Positions 20,403 to 30,246 of a stretch of DNA of 64,000 bases are shown piece after piece (the first letter of the stretch is position 1; the number at the start of each line of letters is the position of its first letter). The notes under the pieces were generated by a model. The model worked only from the letters and a program-made list of their open reading frames with translations. It searched no databases and had not been told where the DNA came from. The position numbers were made by a program, and so were the translations under genes. Source of the DNA: Planctomycetota bacterium. Its GTDB lineage: Bacteria > Planctomycetota > UBA1135 > UBA2386. The stretch spans positions 1-64,000 of the forward strand of contig CANMWZ010000012.1 in the NCBI GenBank assembly GCA_947501605.1, in the 5' to 3' direction.

Positions 20403-20924
20403 ATGCCTGCATCCGTCCTGCTGCTGAACGGCGACGACTACGAAGACCTCGAACTGCACTACCCGCGGCTCCGGTTGATCGAGGCGGGCTACCGCGCGGT
20501 GGTCGCCGGGACCTCCTCGGGCGCAATGCACCGCGGCAAGCACGGCTACCCGAGCAAGAACGACTGTGCTCTCGGCGAAGTGCGCGAGGCGGACTTCGCG
20601 GGGATCCTGCTGCCGGGCGGCTGGATGCCAGACAAGCTCCGCCGCGACGCGCGCGTGCTCGAACTCGTCCGCGCCTTCGACGCCGCCGGCAAGTTGGTCG
20701 CCAGCATCTGCCATGGGCCCTGGATCGCGATCTCAGCCGGGGTCGTGCGCGGCAAGACCTACACTGGCTCGGCTGGCATCAAGGATGACCTGGTCAACGC
20801 CGGGGCACGCTTCGTCGACGCCGAGGTCGCGGTCGATGGCCATCACGTGTCGAGCCGCAAGCCCGACGACCTGCCTGCGTTCCTGGTCGCAATGCTCAAG
20901 GTCCTCGCCGCTCGATCGAACTGA
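20403..20924 (+). CDS. PfpI/DJ-1 family protein (type 1 glutamine amidotransferase-like)
   Basis: YEDLELHYP, LPGG..PDKLR, ICHG nucleophile elbow and SRKPDDLPAF. Confidence 0.93.
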   Translation: MPASVLLLNGDDYEDLELHYPRLRLIEAGYRAVVAGTSSGAMHRGKHGYPSKNDCALGEVREADFAGILLPGGWMPDKLRRDARVLELVRAFDAAGKLVASICHGPWIAISAGVVRGKTYTGSAGIKDDLVNAGARFVDAEVAVDGHHVSSRKPDDLPAFLVAMLKVLAARSN

Positions 20925-20931
20925 AGCCGCA

Positions 20932-21996
20932 ATGGCTCCGCTCCCGCCGTTCTCCGACCGTCTGTTGCGGTGGTTCGACGCCGCCCGCCGCGATCTGCCG
21001 TGGCGCCGCACGCGCGATCCGTGGGCGATCTGGGTCAGCGAAGTGATGCTCCAGCAAACTCGCGTCGAAGCCGTTCGCAAGAGCTACGAGCACTTCGTCG
21101 CGAGCTATCCGACCGCGGCGGCCTTTGCCCGCGCGAGCGACGATGAGCTGATGCTGGCATGGCGAGGCCTTGGCTACTACCGACGCGCGCGACTCCTGCG
21201 CGATGGGGCGCGCGCGGTGGTCGCGAACCACGGCGGACGCGTTCCGCGCGATGCCGACGCGATCGGCGAGCTGCCTGGCGTCGGTGCCTACACGCGGGGA
21301 GCCATCGCGTCGATCGCCTTTGACCTGCCGCTGCCTGCCATCGACGGCAACGTCGAGCGCGTGCTCGCCCGCCATCTCGCGCTTCGCCAGGACGTCGCCA
21401 CCGCGCCGATGCGACGCGCGATCGCCGCCGCGGCGTCCGAGCGACTCGATCGAGCGCGGCCCGGTGACTTCAACCAGGCGATGATGGAACTCGGCGCCAT
21501 GGTCTGCACACCGACCTCGCCGCGCTGCGAACAGTGCCCCGTCGCCATCGATTGCCAGGGTCACCGAGCCGGCATCGCAATGGCCCTGCCCGTTCGCAAG
21601 CCGGCAACGCCACCCTTGCTCGTTGCCGCGTGCGTCGCCGTCGTTCCGGCAGGCAGTGGCGTGCTGGCCCTGCGCGTGCCGGCAAATGAGCCCAATGCAG
21701 GCCAATGGGACCTGCCAGGGCCGGGGGTGCTGCAAAGCGTCGACGAAGCCGACTTCACCCAACTGACCGCCGCGCGCTGCGGCGCCAGGATCGAACTTGG
21801 CCTGCGCCTTGTCAGCGTCCGGCATTCGATCACCAACCACCGCATCACCGTCGGCGCCCATGCCGGCACGAACACCTCGCGAGCTCGAGGCAAACTGGAA
21901 GTGCTGCGGCCAGAGGACCCCGCCGTGCCGTGGACCACGGTTGCGCGCAAGGTCTTTGCCGCTCTACGCACCGCAACGGGCACGAGCGATGCGTGA
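20932..21996 (+). CDS. mutY: A/G-specific adenine DNA glycosylase
   Basis: RDLPWR, WVSEVMLQQT, GLGYYRRAR, HhH LPGVGAYT, DGNV and the Fe-S loop C-x6-C-x2-C-x5-C. Confidence 0.95.
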   Translation: MAPLPPFSDRLLRWFDAARRDLPWRRTRDPWAIWVSEVMLQQTRVEAVRKSYEHFVASYPTAAAFARASDDELMLAWRGLGYYRRARLLRDGARAVVANHGGRVPRDADAIGELPGVGAYTRGAIASIAFDLPLPAIDGNVERVLARHLALRQDVATAPMRRAIAAAASERLDRARPGDFNQAMMELGAMVCTPTSPRCEQCPVAIDCQGHRAGIAMALPVRKPATPPLLVAACVAVVPAGSGVLALRVPANEPNAGQWDLPGPGVLQSVDEADFTQLTAARCGARIELGLRLVSVRHSITNHRITVGAHAGTNTSRARGKLEVLRPEDPAVPWTTVARKVFAALRTATGTSDA

Positions 21997-22053
21997 CGCG
22001 AGCCGGGCGGCTGGTATGGTGCGCGGAACCCGCAACAGAAGAGCAAGTCGATC

Positions 22054-22827
22054 ATGGGCATGATGTCCGGCAAGAAAGTGGTGATCTTCGGCGTCGCCAA
22101 CAAGCGTTCGATCGCCTGGGGTATCGCCCAGGCGCTGCTTCGCGAAGGCGCTACGCTGGCCCTGAACTATCAGAACGACCGCATGGAGGAGTCCGTGCGC
22201 AAGCTGTGCGCGGAGCTGCCCGGCGACACATTCCTCGCGCCCTGCGACGTCACCGTTCCCGGCGACATCGACAAGTTCTTCAGCAAGCTCGGCTCGGAGT
22301 TCGGTCCGCTCGACGGCCTCGTGCACTCGATCGCGTTCGCCAAGCGCGAAGAGCTCGGCGGCAACTTCGTCGACACCAGCTGGGACGGCTACCAGCTAGC
22401 GCAGCACGTGTCGGCGTGGTCGCTGATCGGTCTTGCGAAGGGCGCGATGCCGCTGATGGAAGGCCGCGACGGCAGCATCGTCTGCCTCAGCTACTACGGC
22501 GCCGAGAAGGTCGTGCAGAACTACAACGTGATGGGCGTCGCCAAGGCCGCGCTCGAGTCATCGATGCGCTACCTGGCAAACGACGTCGGTCCGCGCGGCG
22601 TCCGCGTCAACGCTATCTCGGCCGGCCCGATCAAGACGGTCTCGGCGATGGGCGTGGCGGACTTTGGCTCGCTGCTCGAGGGAATGGCCCAGAAGGCGCC
22701 GCTGCGCCGCAACATCGACCAGATGGACGTCGGCAACACCGCGACCTTCTTGCTCAGCGATCTCGCGCGCGGCATCACCGGTCAGACGATCTACGTCGAT
22801 GCCGGCTACAGCATCCTGGGCGCCTGA
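22054..22827 (+). CDS. fabI: Enoyl-ACP reductase
   Basis: GVANKRSIAWGIA, HSIAFA, YNVMGVAKAALE and NAISAGPIKT motifs. Confidence 0.96.
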   Translation: MGMMSGKKVVIFGVANKRSIAWGIAQALLREGATLALNYQNDRMEESVRKLCAELPGDTFLAPCDVTVPGDIDKFFSKLGSEFGPLDGLVHSIAFAKREELGGNFVDTSWDGYQLAQHVSAWSLIGLAKGAMPLMEGRDGSIVCLSYYGAEKVVQNYNVMGVAKAALESSMRYLANDVGPRGVRVNAISAGPIKTVSAMGVADFGSLLEGMAQKAPLRRNIDQMDVGNTATFLLSDLARGITGQTIYVDAGYSILGA

Positions 22828-22863
22828 GCGGGACGGATCCTGGGCGCCTGAGCGGGACGGATC
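22813..22863. repeat. Perfect 24-bp tandem duplication spanning the fabI stop codon
   Basis: ATCCTGGGCGCCTGAGCGGGACGG x2 plus ATC. Confidence 0.9.
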
Positions 22864-22907
22864 TTGATCGCTGGCCCAGCGCGTGAGCAGCAGCCAACGC
22901 GATCCGC

Positions 22908-24044
22908 TCAGCGGAGGCTGGCGCGCAGCTTCTCGAGCTTGGTGCGCTCGGCGTCGCTCAGTCCGCCCTTCGCGGCGTCAACCGCGAGCGTTCGATCGAG
23001 CAACGTCGACTGGGTTGGCATCCGCGGCGCGCTGCGACAGATCTCGGCGTAGGCATCGCGTTGCCGAGTCGCGCACGACAACAAGTTCAGCAGACTAGGC
23101 AGGTGTTCCGCGTCGAGTTGCAGCGCTCCCTCGTAGGCCTCGACTGCCTGCTTGAGCTCACCCTGCAGTTCGCAGACTGCTGCCAGCTGGAAGGCCGCGG
23201 CTGCAGAGTTTGGAAACCGCTCCTTGATCAAAGTTGCCGCCGAGGCGGCGGCGACGAGCTGCGCCCGAGCCTTCTCTGCCTCGCCGTCGCTCTCGTACAA
23301 CTCCGCTGCTCGAACGAGTGCAGCAACCACAGCCGCGCGAGTATCCTGGCTCTCGGGCTCCAACTCGGCACAACGGGCGAAGGCGCGACTCGCGGCCGCC
23401 GCGTCGTCGCCATTGCTTGCAATGCGCAGCAGGCAGGTGCCGAGGCGATAGTGCGCGAGTGAGTCCGACGGTCGACGACTTGCAAGTTCGCGCAGGTGCA
23501 CCAACGCGCGTCGGTCCTCGCCGAGTTCGTGCGCCCATTCCGCAGTCGCTGCCAACAGGTCGAGGAACTCGGGAAGGTCCGTTGCCGCCGAGAGCTTCAG
23601 GCAGTCCTCGGCCGCGGTCGCCGCGGCGGACAAGTGGCCGATCTCAGCCAGAACCCGGCCGCGAACCAGGCCGACAACCGGATCGGCGGGTGCGAGGCGC
23701 AGCGCTGTGAGGCTCTCGCCGTCAGCCGCGCTCTGGATCGCCATCGGGGCCGGGCCCTGCTCGGGCGAAGATCGCAGCAGGGCAAGGGCGAAGACGCTGC
23801 GCGCACGCGCTCGGCGCGGGTCCCGTTCGAGCACGGATCGAGCTGTCTCGACAGCCTCGGAGTAGCTCTCCGCCGCAAGCAGCCGCAGGGCCTCGGTCTC
23901 GTCGGTGGCCACCGCGGCAGCATCGACGCCTGGGCCGGCGGCCGGCAACTCGCGCGCCGCCATTGCCTCAGGATCGGTGGACACGCCAGCGCAGCCGGCC
24001 GGTACTGCCAACGCGCACAACCAGGGGATGACCACCAAACGCAT
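22908..24044 (-). CDS. TPR-repeat lipoprotein
   Basis: Lipobox-like LAVPAGC; TPR-like helices (AHYRLGTCL, AAFQLAAVC...AVEAYEGALQLD). Confidence 0.8.
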   Translation of the reverse strand: MRLVVIPWLCALAVPAGCAGVSTDPEAMAARELPAAGPGVDAAAVATDETEALRLLAAESYSEAVETARSVLERDPRRARARSVFALALLRSSPEQGPAPMAIQSAADGESLTALRLAPADPVVGLVRGRVLAEIGHLSAAATAAEDCLKLSAATDLPEFLDLLAATAEWAHELGEDRRALVHLRELASRRPSDSLAHYRLGTCLLRIASNGDDAAAASRAFARCAELEPESQDTRAAVVAALVRAAELYESDGEAEKARAQLVAAASAATLIKERFPNSAAAAFQLAAVCELQGELKQAVEAYEGALQLDAEHLPSLLNLLSCATRQRDAYAEICRSAPRMPTQSTLLDRTLAVDAAKGGLSDAERTKLEKLRASLR

Positions 24045-24098
24045 GCGTCCAATCATGAACTGGCCGTCGCGCACGGCAAGGCTACGCTTCCTCGCCCC

Positions 24099-25022
24099 AT
24101 GGCTCGCATCGCCGCAGACGTCACTTGGCTGATCGGCAACACGCCGCTGGTCGAGCTCGCGAAGCTGTCGCCCCCTCACTGCAGGATCGTCGCCAAACTC
24201 GAGGCCTACAGTCCCAGTGGCAGCAACAAGGACCGCGCGGCGCTGGCCATGATCCAGCACGCCGAACGCTCGGGCTTTCTGCGGTCTGGAGGCACCATCG
24301 TCGAGAGCACCGTCGGAGACCTCGGGCTAGCCATCGCAATGGTCGGTCGCCGCCGCGGCTACCGCGTCGTCCTGACGATGCCACAGGGCGCGCCGGAACA
24401 CCGCGCCAGCTTGCTGCGAGCTTTGGGCGCGGAGGTGGTGACGACGCCAAAGGAACTCGGCATGCGCGGCGCCATGGCGCAGGCCGATCTCTTTGCCAAG
24501 CAGACTCCAGGCTCCGTGTGTCTTCAGGCGTTCACCAACCGCACCAACGCACGAGTGCACGCCGAGACGACGGCGCGCGAAATCTGGAACGACACCGACG
24601 GCAAGGTCGCGATCGTCGTGGTGCCAGTAGGCACTGGTGGTACGGCCGCAGGTTGTGCCGCCTTTCTGCGTGAGCGCGGCGTTGCCGTGATCGGAGTCGA
24701 GCCCGAAGCCAGTCCGGTGCTGCAAGGTGGGCGCGCTGGTGTGCACGACATCCCTGGCATCGGCGCCGGCTTCATCCCCGACATCCTCGCGGTCGACCAA
24801 CTCGACGAGGCCATCGGCGTGTCGTGCATCGAGGCGCAAAGGCACGTGCAATTGCTCGCCCATGAAGAGGCACTGCTCGCAGGACCGGCCAGCGGCGCCG
24901 TCCTGTGTGCTGCCATTCGCGTCGCCAAGCGGCCGGAGAACGCGGGCAAACTGATCGTCGCCTTGCTGCCAGACTCAGGGGACCGCAACTTTGACCATGC
25001 CTCGTATCGCCAGGGGACCTGA
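24099..25022 (+). CDS. Cysteine synthase (CysK)-like PLP enzyme with an altered substrate loop
   Basis: IGNTPLV, KLE...SGSNKDR (PLP Lys), VGTGGT, GIGAGFIP and LPDSGDR; the TSGNT loop is replaced by TVGDL. Confidence 0.85.
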   Translation: MARIAADVTWLIGNTPLVELAKLSPPHCRIVAKLEAYSPSGSNKDRAALAMIQHAERSGFLRSGGTIVESTVGDLGLAIAMVGRRRGYRVVLTMPQGAPEHRASLLRALGAEVVTTPKELGMRGAMAQADLFAKQTPGSVCLQAFTNRTNARVHAETTAREIWNDTDGKVAIVVVPVGTGGTAAGCAAFLRERGVAVIGVEPEASPVLQGGRAGVHDIPGIGAGFIPDILAVDQLDEAIGVSCIEAQRHVQLLAHEEALLAGPASGAVLCAAIRVAKRPENAGKLIVALLPDSGDRNFDHASYRQGT

Positions 25023-26018
25023 GTGAACAACCCGAGCACCAAGACCGAGATCGCTACCCTGCTCGCCAAAGTCGAGCAGGTGCGCGGCAGCCTGAACGCG
25101 ACGGTTCTAGGCCAAGAACAACTGATCGGGGATCTGCTCGTGGCGATCCTCGCCGGCGGCCACGTGCTACTTGAAGGCCTTCCGGGTCTCGGCAAGACAC
25201 TGCTTGTACGATCGCTCGGCCAGGGACTAGGTCTCGCGTTCACACGCATCCAGTTCACGCCGGATTTGATGCCGACGGATGTCACCGGTACGACGTTGGT
25301 CGACGAGGTTGGCGGCAAGCGAACCTTCCGGTTTCAGCCAGGTCCGATCTTCGGTGGGCTCGTGCTGGCGGACGAAATCAACCGCGCAACGCCGAAGACG
25401 CAGTCGTCCTTGCTGGAGGCAATGCAGGAGGGCTCGGTCACGATAGCTGGCGAAACGCACCGCCTTCCGCAGCCGTTCCACGTCATCGCGACCCAGAACC
25501 CGATCGAGCTTGAGGGCACCTACCCGCTGCCGGAGGCCCAGCTCGACCGCTTCTTGTTCAAGCTCGAAGTGCGCACGCCATCGGTCGAAGCGATGGTGCG
25601 GATCCTTGCCGGCACGACCAGCGTGGCGATCGCTGTGGCAAGTGCGCGGTTGGCCCAAGAAGACCTGCTGCGACTCCAGCACTGCGTTCGCGAAGTTCTG
25701 TGCGGCAATCACCTGTTGCAGTTCACCGCCGAGCTGATTGCGGCCACGCATCCCGACTCCGAGCAGGCCAGCGAAAAGACTCGACGGTTCGTCCGCTATG
25801 GCGCAAGTGCCCGAGCCGGTCAGGCGATCGTCCTGGGAGCGAAGGCTAGGGCTCTCCTTGCTGGTCGCGCAGCCGTGACCCGGGAAGATCTGGTCGCCGG
25901 TTTGCTGCCAGCGTTGCGGCATCGAGTGCTGCTTGGTTACGAGGCAGAAGCGGTCGGCACGCGCGTCGCCGACCTGCTCGAAGACTGGGTGCAGGCAGCG
26001 GACCGACGCGTTCGCTGA
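25023..26018 (+). CDS. MoxR family AAA+ ATPase
   Basis: GHVLLEGLPGLGKT, RIQFTPDLMPTD, LADEINRA, ATQNPIELEGTYPLPEAQLDRF. Confidence 0.95.
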   Translation: MNNPSTKTEIATLLAKVEQVRGSLNATVLGQEQLIGDLLVAILAGGHVLLEGLPGLGKTLLVRSLGQGLGLAFTRIQFTPDLMPTDVTGTTLVDEVGGKRTFRFQPGPIFGGLVLADEINRATPKTQSSLLEAMQEGSVTIAGETHRLPQPFHVIATQNPIELEGTYPLPEAQLDRFLFKLEVRTPSVEAMVRILAGTTSVAIAVASARLAQEDLLRLQHCVREVLCGNHLLQFTAELIAATHPDSEQASEKTRRFVRYGASARAGQAIVLGAKARALLAGRAAVTREDLVAGLLPALRHRVLLGYEAEAVGTRVADLLEDWVQAADRRVR

Positions 26019-26378
26019 AGCGATTCGCAAGGTGCGCGGATCGAAGCAGACACGCGGTCAACCGCGTCTTCACGGTCGCTTCGTGCAGAAAATCTGACAG
26101 CGAGGGAAAGATTTGAGCTCTGGCACGTTCACAAGGGCTGCATGGGACGAGCGCCCTGGCCGCCCAGCTTCGAGACCCGCAGGGAGTTTCGGAGCGACAC
26201 GAGAGGGCATGACGGTGGCTAGGGCCGACATGGTGGCCGGCGATCCTTGGGAGAGGATCGCCGGCCACCTACTTTTCTGCCGGGCTGTTTGCCAACACGC
26301 GTCCGCGGGATCGGGCGAACCACTTTGCGGCCGTATGTCCGCTGGCGCGCGGTGTGACCTTGTCCCAGAGTGGGCGCC

Positions 26379-26717
26379 ATGGTTCCTGGTAGCGATGCAA
26401 ACTCGGCCTTCCTGAACAGAGCCCAAGACCTACTCCGCGCCCTGCTTCTCGAGCTGGACGCGTTCGACCCCGATGAGCTCGAAGCGGAATCGAGCGAGGG
26501 CGTGGTTCGACTGACCTTCGCCGATGGGAGCAAGTGCATCCTCAACCGTCAGTCTGCCGCCAATCAGATGTGGCTCGCGGAAGGCGCGACTGCGTGGCAC
26601 TTCGAGTTCGATCCGTCGGCGGAAGTTTGGGTCGACACCAAAGGCCGAGGCGAGTTGCGCCGCGTGCTTGCCGAAGTCGTGAGCCGACGTCTTGGCCGCA
26701 AGGTCGAGCTGCGCTGA
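26379..26717 (+). CDS. cyaY: Frataxin-like iron donor CyaY
   Basis: GVVRLTFADGSKCILNRQSAANQMWLA...WHF...WVD pattern. Confidence 0.88.
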   Translation: MVPGSDANSAFLNRAQDLLRALLLELDAFDPDELEAESSEGVVRLTFADGSKCILNRQSAANQMWLAEGATAWHFEFDPSAEVWVDTKGRGELRRVLAEVVSRRLGRKVELR

Positions 26718-26729
26718 GCCGGCGTCAAC

Positions 26730-28112
26730 TCAGGCCGTATGCACGGCGACCGGTGTGGCCAGAGGGAAGTGCAGGACGAACGCAGCACCTCTGCCTGGTT
26801 CACTCAGAACTTCGATCCGACCCTGGCTCGCGCGGACGAATCGCTCCACCGCGGTCAATCCAAGACCTGTGCCTTGGCCTACGGGCTTGGTCGTGAAGTA
26901 GGGATCGAAGATCCGTTGCTGGACCTCGGGTGCAATGCCGCAGCCAGTGTCGACGACCTCAACGCGCGCAAAGCCATCAACCAGTTCGGTGACCACGCGC
27001 AACGTCCCACCATCGGCCATCGCGTGACGCGCGTTGATTGCGAGGTTCCACAACGCGTGCTCGAGGCCACGCGGATCGAGCTGGACTTGCAGGACGGCAC
27101 TGCAGCGTAGGAACTCGACTGCGATCGAAGCCGGCATCACCCGCTGAGCTCGCTGGCAAAAGGCCGCCACCCATTCGTTGAGGTCGCCGCTCTCGATGAC
27201 GCCGTCGTCTGGATGCGCGAGCGCCATCAGTTGGTCGAGCAACGGCCGTGACTGCTCCAGCGTCTCACCGACGAGGCGCAGTCGCTCACCCGGCTTCTCT
27301 TCGCCATCGAGCGTATTGAGCGTCACGTGCCCAATCATCACCTGGAACGCGTTGCGCAGTTGGTGGGTGACCAACCCAGCGAGATCCCCGACCGTTTCGA
27401 CGCGGAGTGCGTGGCGGAGCAACTTCTCGCGATATCGAAGCGCGCGCGCGTGCTCAAGCTCCCTGCGTCGGTGCTGCTCGCCGGTTAGCAGGGCGGCGAT
27501 CAGCACCTTGTGGACCAGCACGCCAGTCAGTGCCGAGCCGAGCGTCAGCGCAATGAGGCTCATCGAGTGCAGCCACAAGTCAGACTGGATCCCAGGCAAC
27601 AGTGCCTGCTCTCGCTCGAGCGGCGCCAGTGACATCGCGATCGCCGCGACGAGTGCGAGGGAAAGACCAGGGACGATGCCGAGACAGCAACTCGCCAGCA
27701 TTGCCAAAATCGGCTGCGCATACCAACCAGGGTAGAACGCGCCACGCAGCCACGACGCCAGTACGGACACACACAGCAGGGCCGCGAACAACAGTAGGCC
27801 GGCAAGCTGCAGGCGGCCGCGACGCATGCTCCACCACGCGTAGCCGTAAAGGGGCGCGGACAGTAGCGACGGCAGAGCTCCGCCCCACGGCGCGTGCGCA
27901 CTCCACAGGGCCTCGCCCCACAACAACATGGCCGCGATGCCGTATGCGAGACTCGCCAGCCCGAGTCCAAGCGAGAGGCTGCTCACGAACGCGCCGAGCC
28001 GCGACACGAGCGGCAGGCCCGTGGCTTGGAGGAAATCGAGAAGCGACTCCTCGCTGACTCGTGGCGGCGACTGCACCGCGCACATACTACGAACGCTGTC
28101 GCACATTGCCAT
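26730..28112 (-). CDS. Membrane sensor histidine kinase
   Basis: About 6 TM helices; H-box LAGLVTHQLRN, N-box NLAINARHAM, DTGCGI, FDPYFTTK and GTGLGL; start uncertain. Confidence 0.9.
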   Translation of the reverse strand: MAMCDSVRSMCAVQSPPRVSEESLLDFLQATGLPLVSRLGAFVSSLSLGLGLASLAYGIAAMLLWGEALWSAHAPWGGALPSLLSAPLYGYAWWSMRRGRLQLAGLLLFAALLCVSVLASWLRGAFYPGWYAQPILAMLASCCLGIVPGLSLALVAAIAMSLAPLEREQALLPGIQSDLWLHSMSLIALTLGSALTGVLVHKVLIAALLTGEQHRRRELEHARALRYREKLLRHALRVETVGDLAGLVTHQLRNAFQVMIGHVTLNTLDGEEKPGERLRLVGETLEQSRPLLDQLMALAHPDDGVIESGDLNEWVAAFCQRAQRVMPASIAVEFLRCSAVLQVQLDPRGLEHALWNLAINARHAMADGGTLRVVTELVDGFARVEVVDTGCGIAPEVQQRIFDPYFTTKPVGQGTGLGLTAVERFVRASQGRIEVLSEPGRGAAFVLHFPLATPVAVHTA

Positions 28113-28142
28113 CGCGCGAGAACACCGCGACTCCGGCAGACA

Positions 28143-28778
28143 TCACGGCGCGAGTTCGGGTTCCAACGGCGGCACCTCGATGGCGACACGGCCATGAAGG
28201 ATCGGATGGTCGAATGCGAGCCGCCACGAGTGCAGCATGGGCCGCACAAACGCCTCGTCGCCCCGAGCGCGGTAGCCGTACTTGCGATCCCCAGCGATGG
28301 GGCAACCTAGCGCCTGCATGTGCACACGGATCTGGTTGCGACGGCCTGTGGCGAGACGACAGCAAACCAGGGTGAGTCGGCCTCGGCGATCCAAGGTCTC
28401 ATAGTCCGTGATCGCCAACTGGCCGCCGTGCGAGACGACGCGCACCATGCCGTCCTGTTCGCGCAGCTGCGACTCGATGCGCCCCGCGGCGGGTGATGGC
28501 CGGCCAGAGACCAAAGCGAGGTATTCGCGTTGCACCGCGTGCTCCCGGAACAGCGGGTCCATGGCGTCCCGGCCAGCCTCCGTGAGTGCAATGACGAGTG
28601 CGCCCGTCGTGCCTTCGTCGAGCCGATGCACGGCATACACCCGTGCACCGAGCTGGTCGGCGAGCAGGTCGAGAACGGTCTTACCGCGCCGACCTGGGGC
28701 GTTGACGACCAGCACCGAAGCCGGCTTGTGGACGACCAGGAGGTGGTCGTCCTGGTGCAGGATCGGGATCGCCGCCAT
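28143..28778 (-). CDS. RluA family pseudouridine synthase
   Basis: KPAS, VHRLDEGTTG, TGRRNQIRVH, GDRKYG and LHSWRL motifs. Confidence 0.93.
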   Translation of the reverse strand: MAAIPILHQDDHLLVVHKPASVLVVNAPGRRGKTVLDLLADQLGARVYAVHRLDEGTTGALVIALTEAGRDAMDPLFREHAVQREYLALVSGRPSPAAGRIESQLREQDGMVRVVSHGGQLAITDYETLDRRGRLTLVCCRLATGRRNQIRVHMQALGCPIAGDRKYGYRARGDEAFVRPMLHSWRLAFDHPILHGRVAIEVPPLEPELAP

Positions 28779-28813
28779 GCGGCTGGCGAGACTACCCGCG
28801 GAAGCCGCTCCCG

Positions 28814-30151
28814 CTACTGCAAGCGCAGCTTGAACTGCTGGATCTTGCGATAGAGGGTCGCGCGCCCGATGCCGAGCAACTGAGCAGCACGGCGAACATT
28901 GCCCCGAGTGGCGCGAAGCGCCCTCGACAACAGCCGCTGTTCTTCTTCTTCGAACGGCCGGATCGACTCCTCGTCGAGGCGCTCGTCCGCGGCCGGAGCC
29001 GTGGCGGTGCTGGTCGCCGTACCGGCGGATGCCGTTTGCGAGGTCGCGAGCGCTGGCAGCGTCAGGTGCCGTTCGTCGATCGGCGCGCCGCCGGCGACCA
29101 AGTAGGCGCGTCGGACCACGCTTTCCAACTGCGCCACGTTGCCGGGCCACGGCATGCCCTCGAGCATGGTGCGGCCCGCCGAGCTGAAGCCCGCGGGACG
29201 TTGGCCGGAAGACGCCGAGAGCTGGTGAACCAAAGCGTCGGCCAGGATAGCAATGTCCTCGGTCCGTTCGCGAAGCGCTGGAACCACGATCGGGTAGCTG
29301 TGAAGCCGATAGTAGAGATCCTCGCGGAACGTGCCCCGCGCAACCAGTTCTGGCAGGTGTGCACTCGACGTCGCGATGATCCGAGCTTGCGTGCTGTCAG
29401 CACCCGTACGCGATGCTCGTTCCTTGAGGAAACGGACGAGCGCCTGCTGGGCTGCGGCTGGCATCTGTTCGACATCTTCGATCAACAACGTCGAAGTCTG
29501 CGCCTCGACGAGCGCACGCTGAAGTGTCTCGGCATCGAGATTCGAACCTGAGTTCACGACGAGCGGCCGGTTGCCGCGGCGGCTCTTGCAGTGAACTACG
29601 CGCGCTGCCATCGACTTGCCCACGCCTGGAGCACCCTCGATCAACACGGTCGTGTCGCCATCAGCAGCCCGACTGAGAGTCGACTGCAGCCGCCGCATGA
29701 GCGGGCTGCGGCCAATCAGCGCGGAGCCATCTCGCACTCCGGAGACAATCGACTCCTGCTCACGCAAGGAGCGCAGCAACTGCTCGCGTTCGAGCAGAAG
29801 TTCTACCACCGCGAGTCCGGCCTCACCTGTCAGCGTGCTGGGAAGCTGAACCAGCGTGCCGATGTCGTTGGAAATCGCGCGACTGCCGAGCAAGGCAATG
29901 GAAACATGGAGGTCTGCGGCGATTCGCGCCACCTCCTCGGAGATCGCGGCTTCGACCAGGACTAGGTCAGGGCGGTCCTGAGCGAGCGCTGCACATCCGG
30001 TCTCCGGTGAGTCCGCGGACACGACCTCGTGCCCCGCTTGGCGCAACGTTTCGGCCAAGTCCTGACCCTTGACAGGGCTCGTGACGACCAGCAGGCGCGC
30101 CATGCGCCGGGTGTTCGTGCCAGATCTCGCCTTCGACAGTTCCATAGTCAT
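28814..30151 (-). CDS. Atypical NtrC/Fis-family regulator (pseudo-receiver, degenerate AAA+, Fis HTH)
   Basis: Walker A GAPGVGKS, FREDLYYRL, WPGN and a Fis HTH are present; GAFTGA is absent and Walker B reads LLIEDVE. Confidence 0.85.
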   Translation of the reverse strand: MTMELSKARSGTNTRRMARLLVVTSPVKGQDLAETLRQAGHEVVSADSPETGCAALAQDRPDLVLVEAAISEEVARIAADLHVSIALLGSRAISNDIGTLVQLPSTLTGEAGLAVVELLLEREQLLRSLREQESIVSGVRDGSALIGRSPLMRRLQSTLSRAADGDTTVLIEGAPGVGKSMAARVVHCKSRRGNRPLVVNSGSNLDAETLQRALVEAQTSTLLIEDVEQMPAAAQQALVRFLKERASRTGADSTQARIIATSSAHLPELVARGTFREDLYYRLHSYPIVVPALRERTEDIAILADALVHQLSASSGQRPAGFSSAGRTMLEGMPWPGNVAQLESVVRRAYLVAGGAPIDERHLTLPALATSQTASAGTATSTATAPAADERLDEESIRPFEEEEQRLLSRALRATRGNVRRAAQLLGIGRATLYRKIQQFKLRLQ

Positions 30152-30246
30152 GTTTTCCCGCTCCTGGATCGGATCTCCCACGGGCCAACATGAAGCTCTG
30201 GGCAACGGCAGTTGCGCTCTTGTCCGCACAGCGGATCATCGACGCG

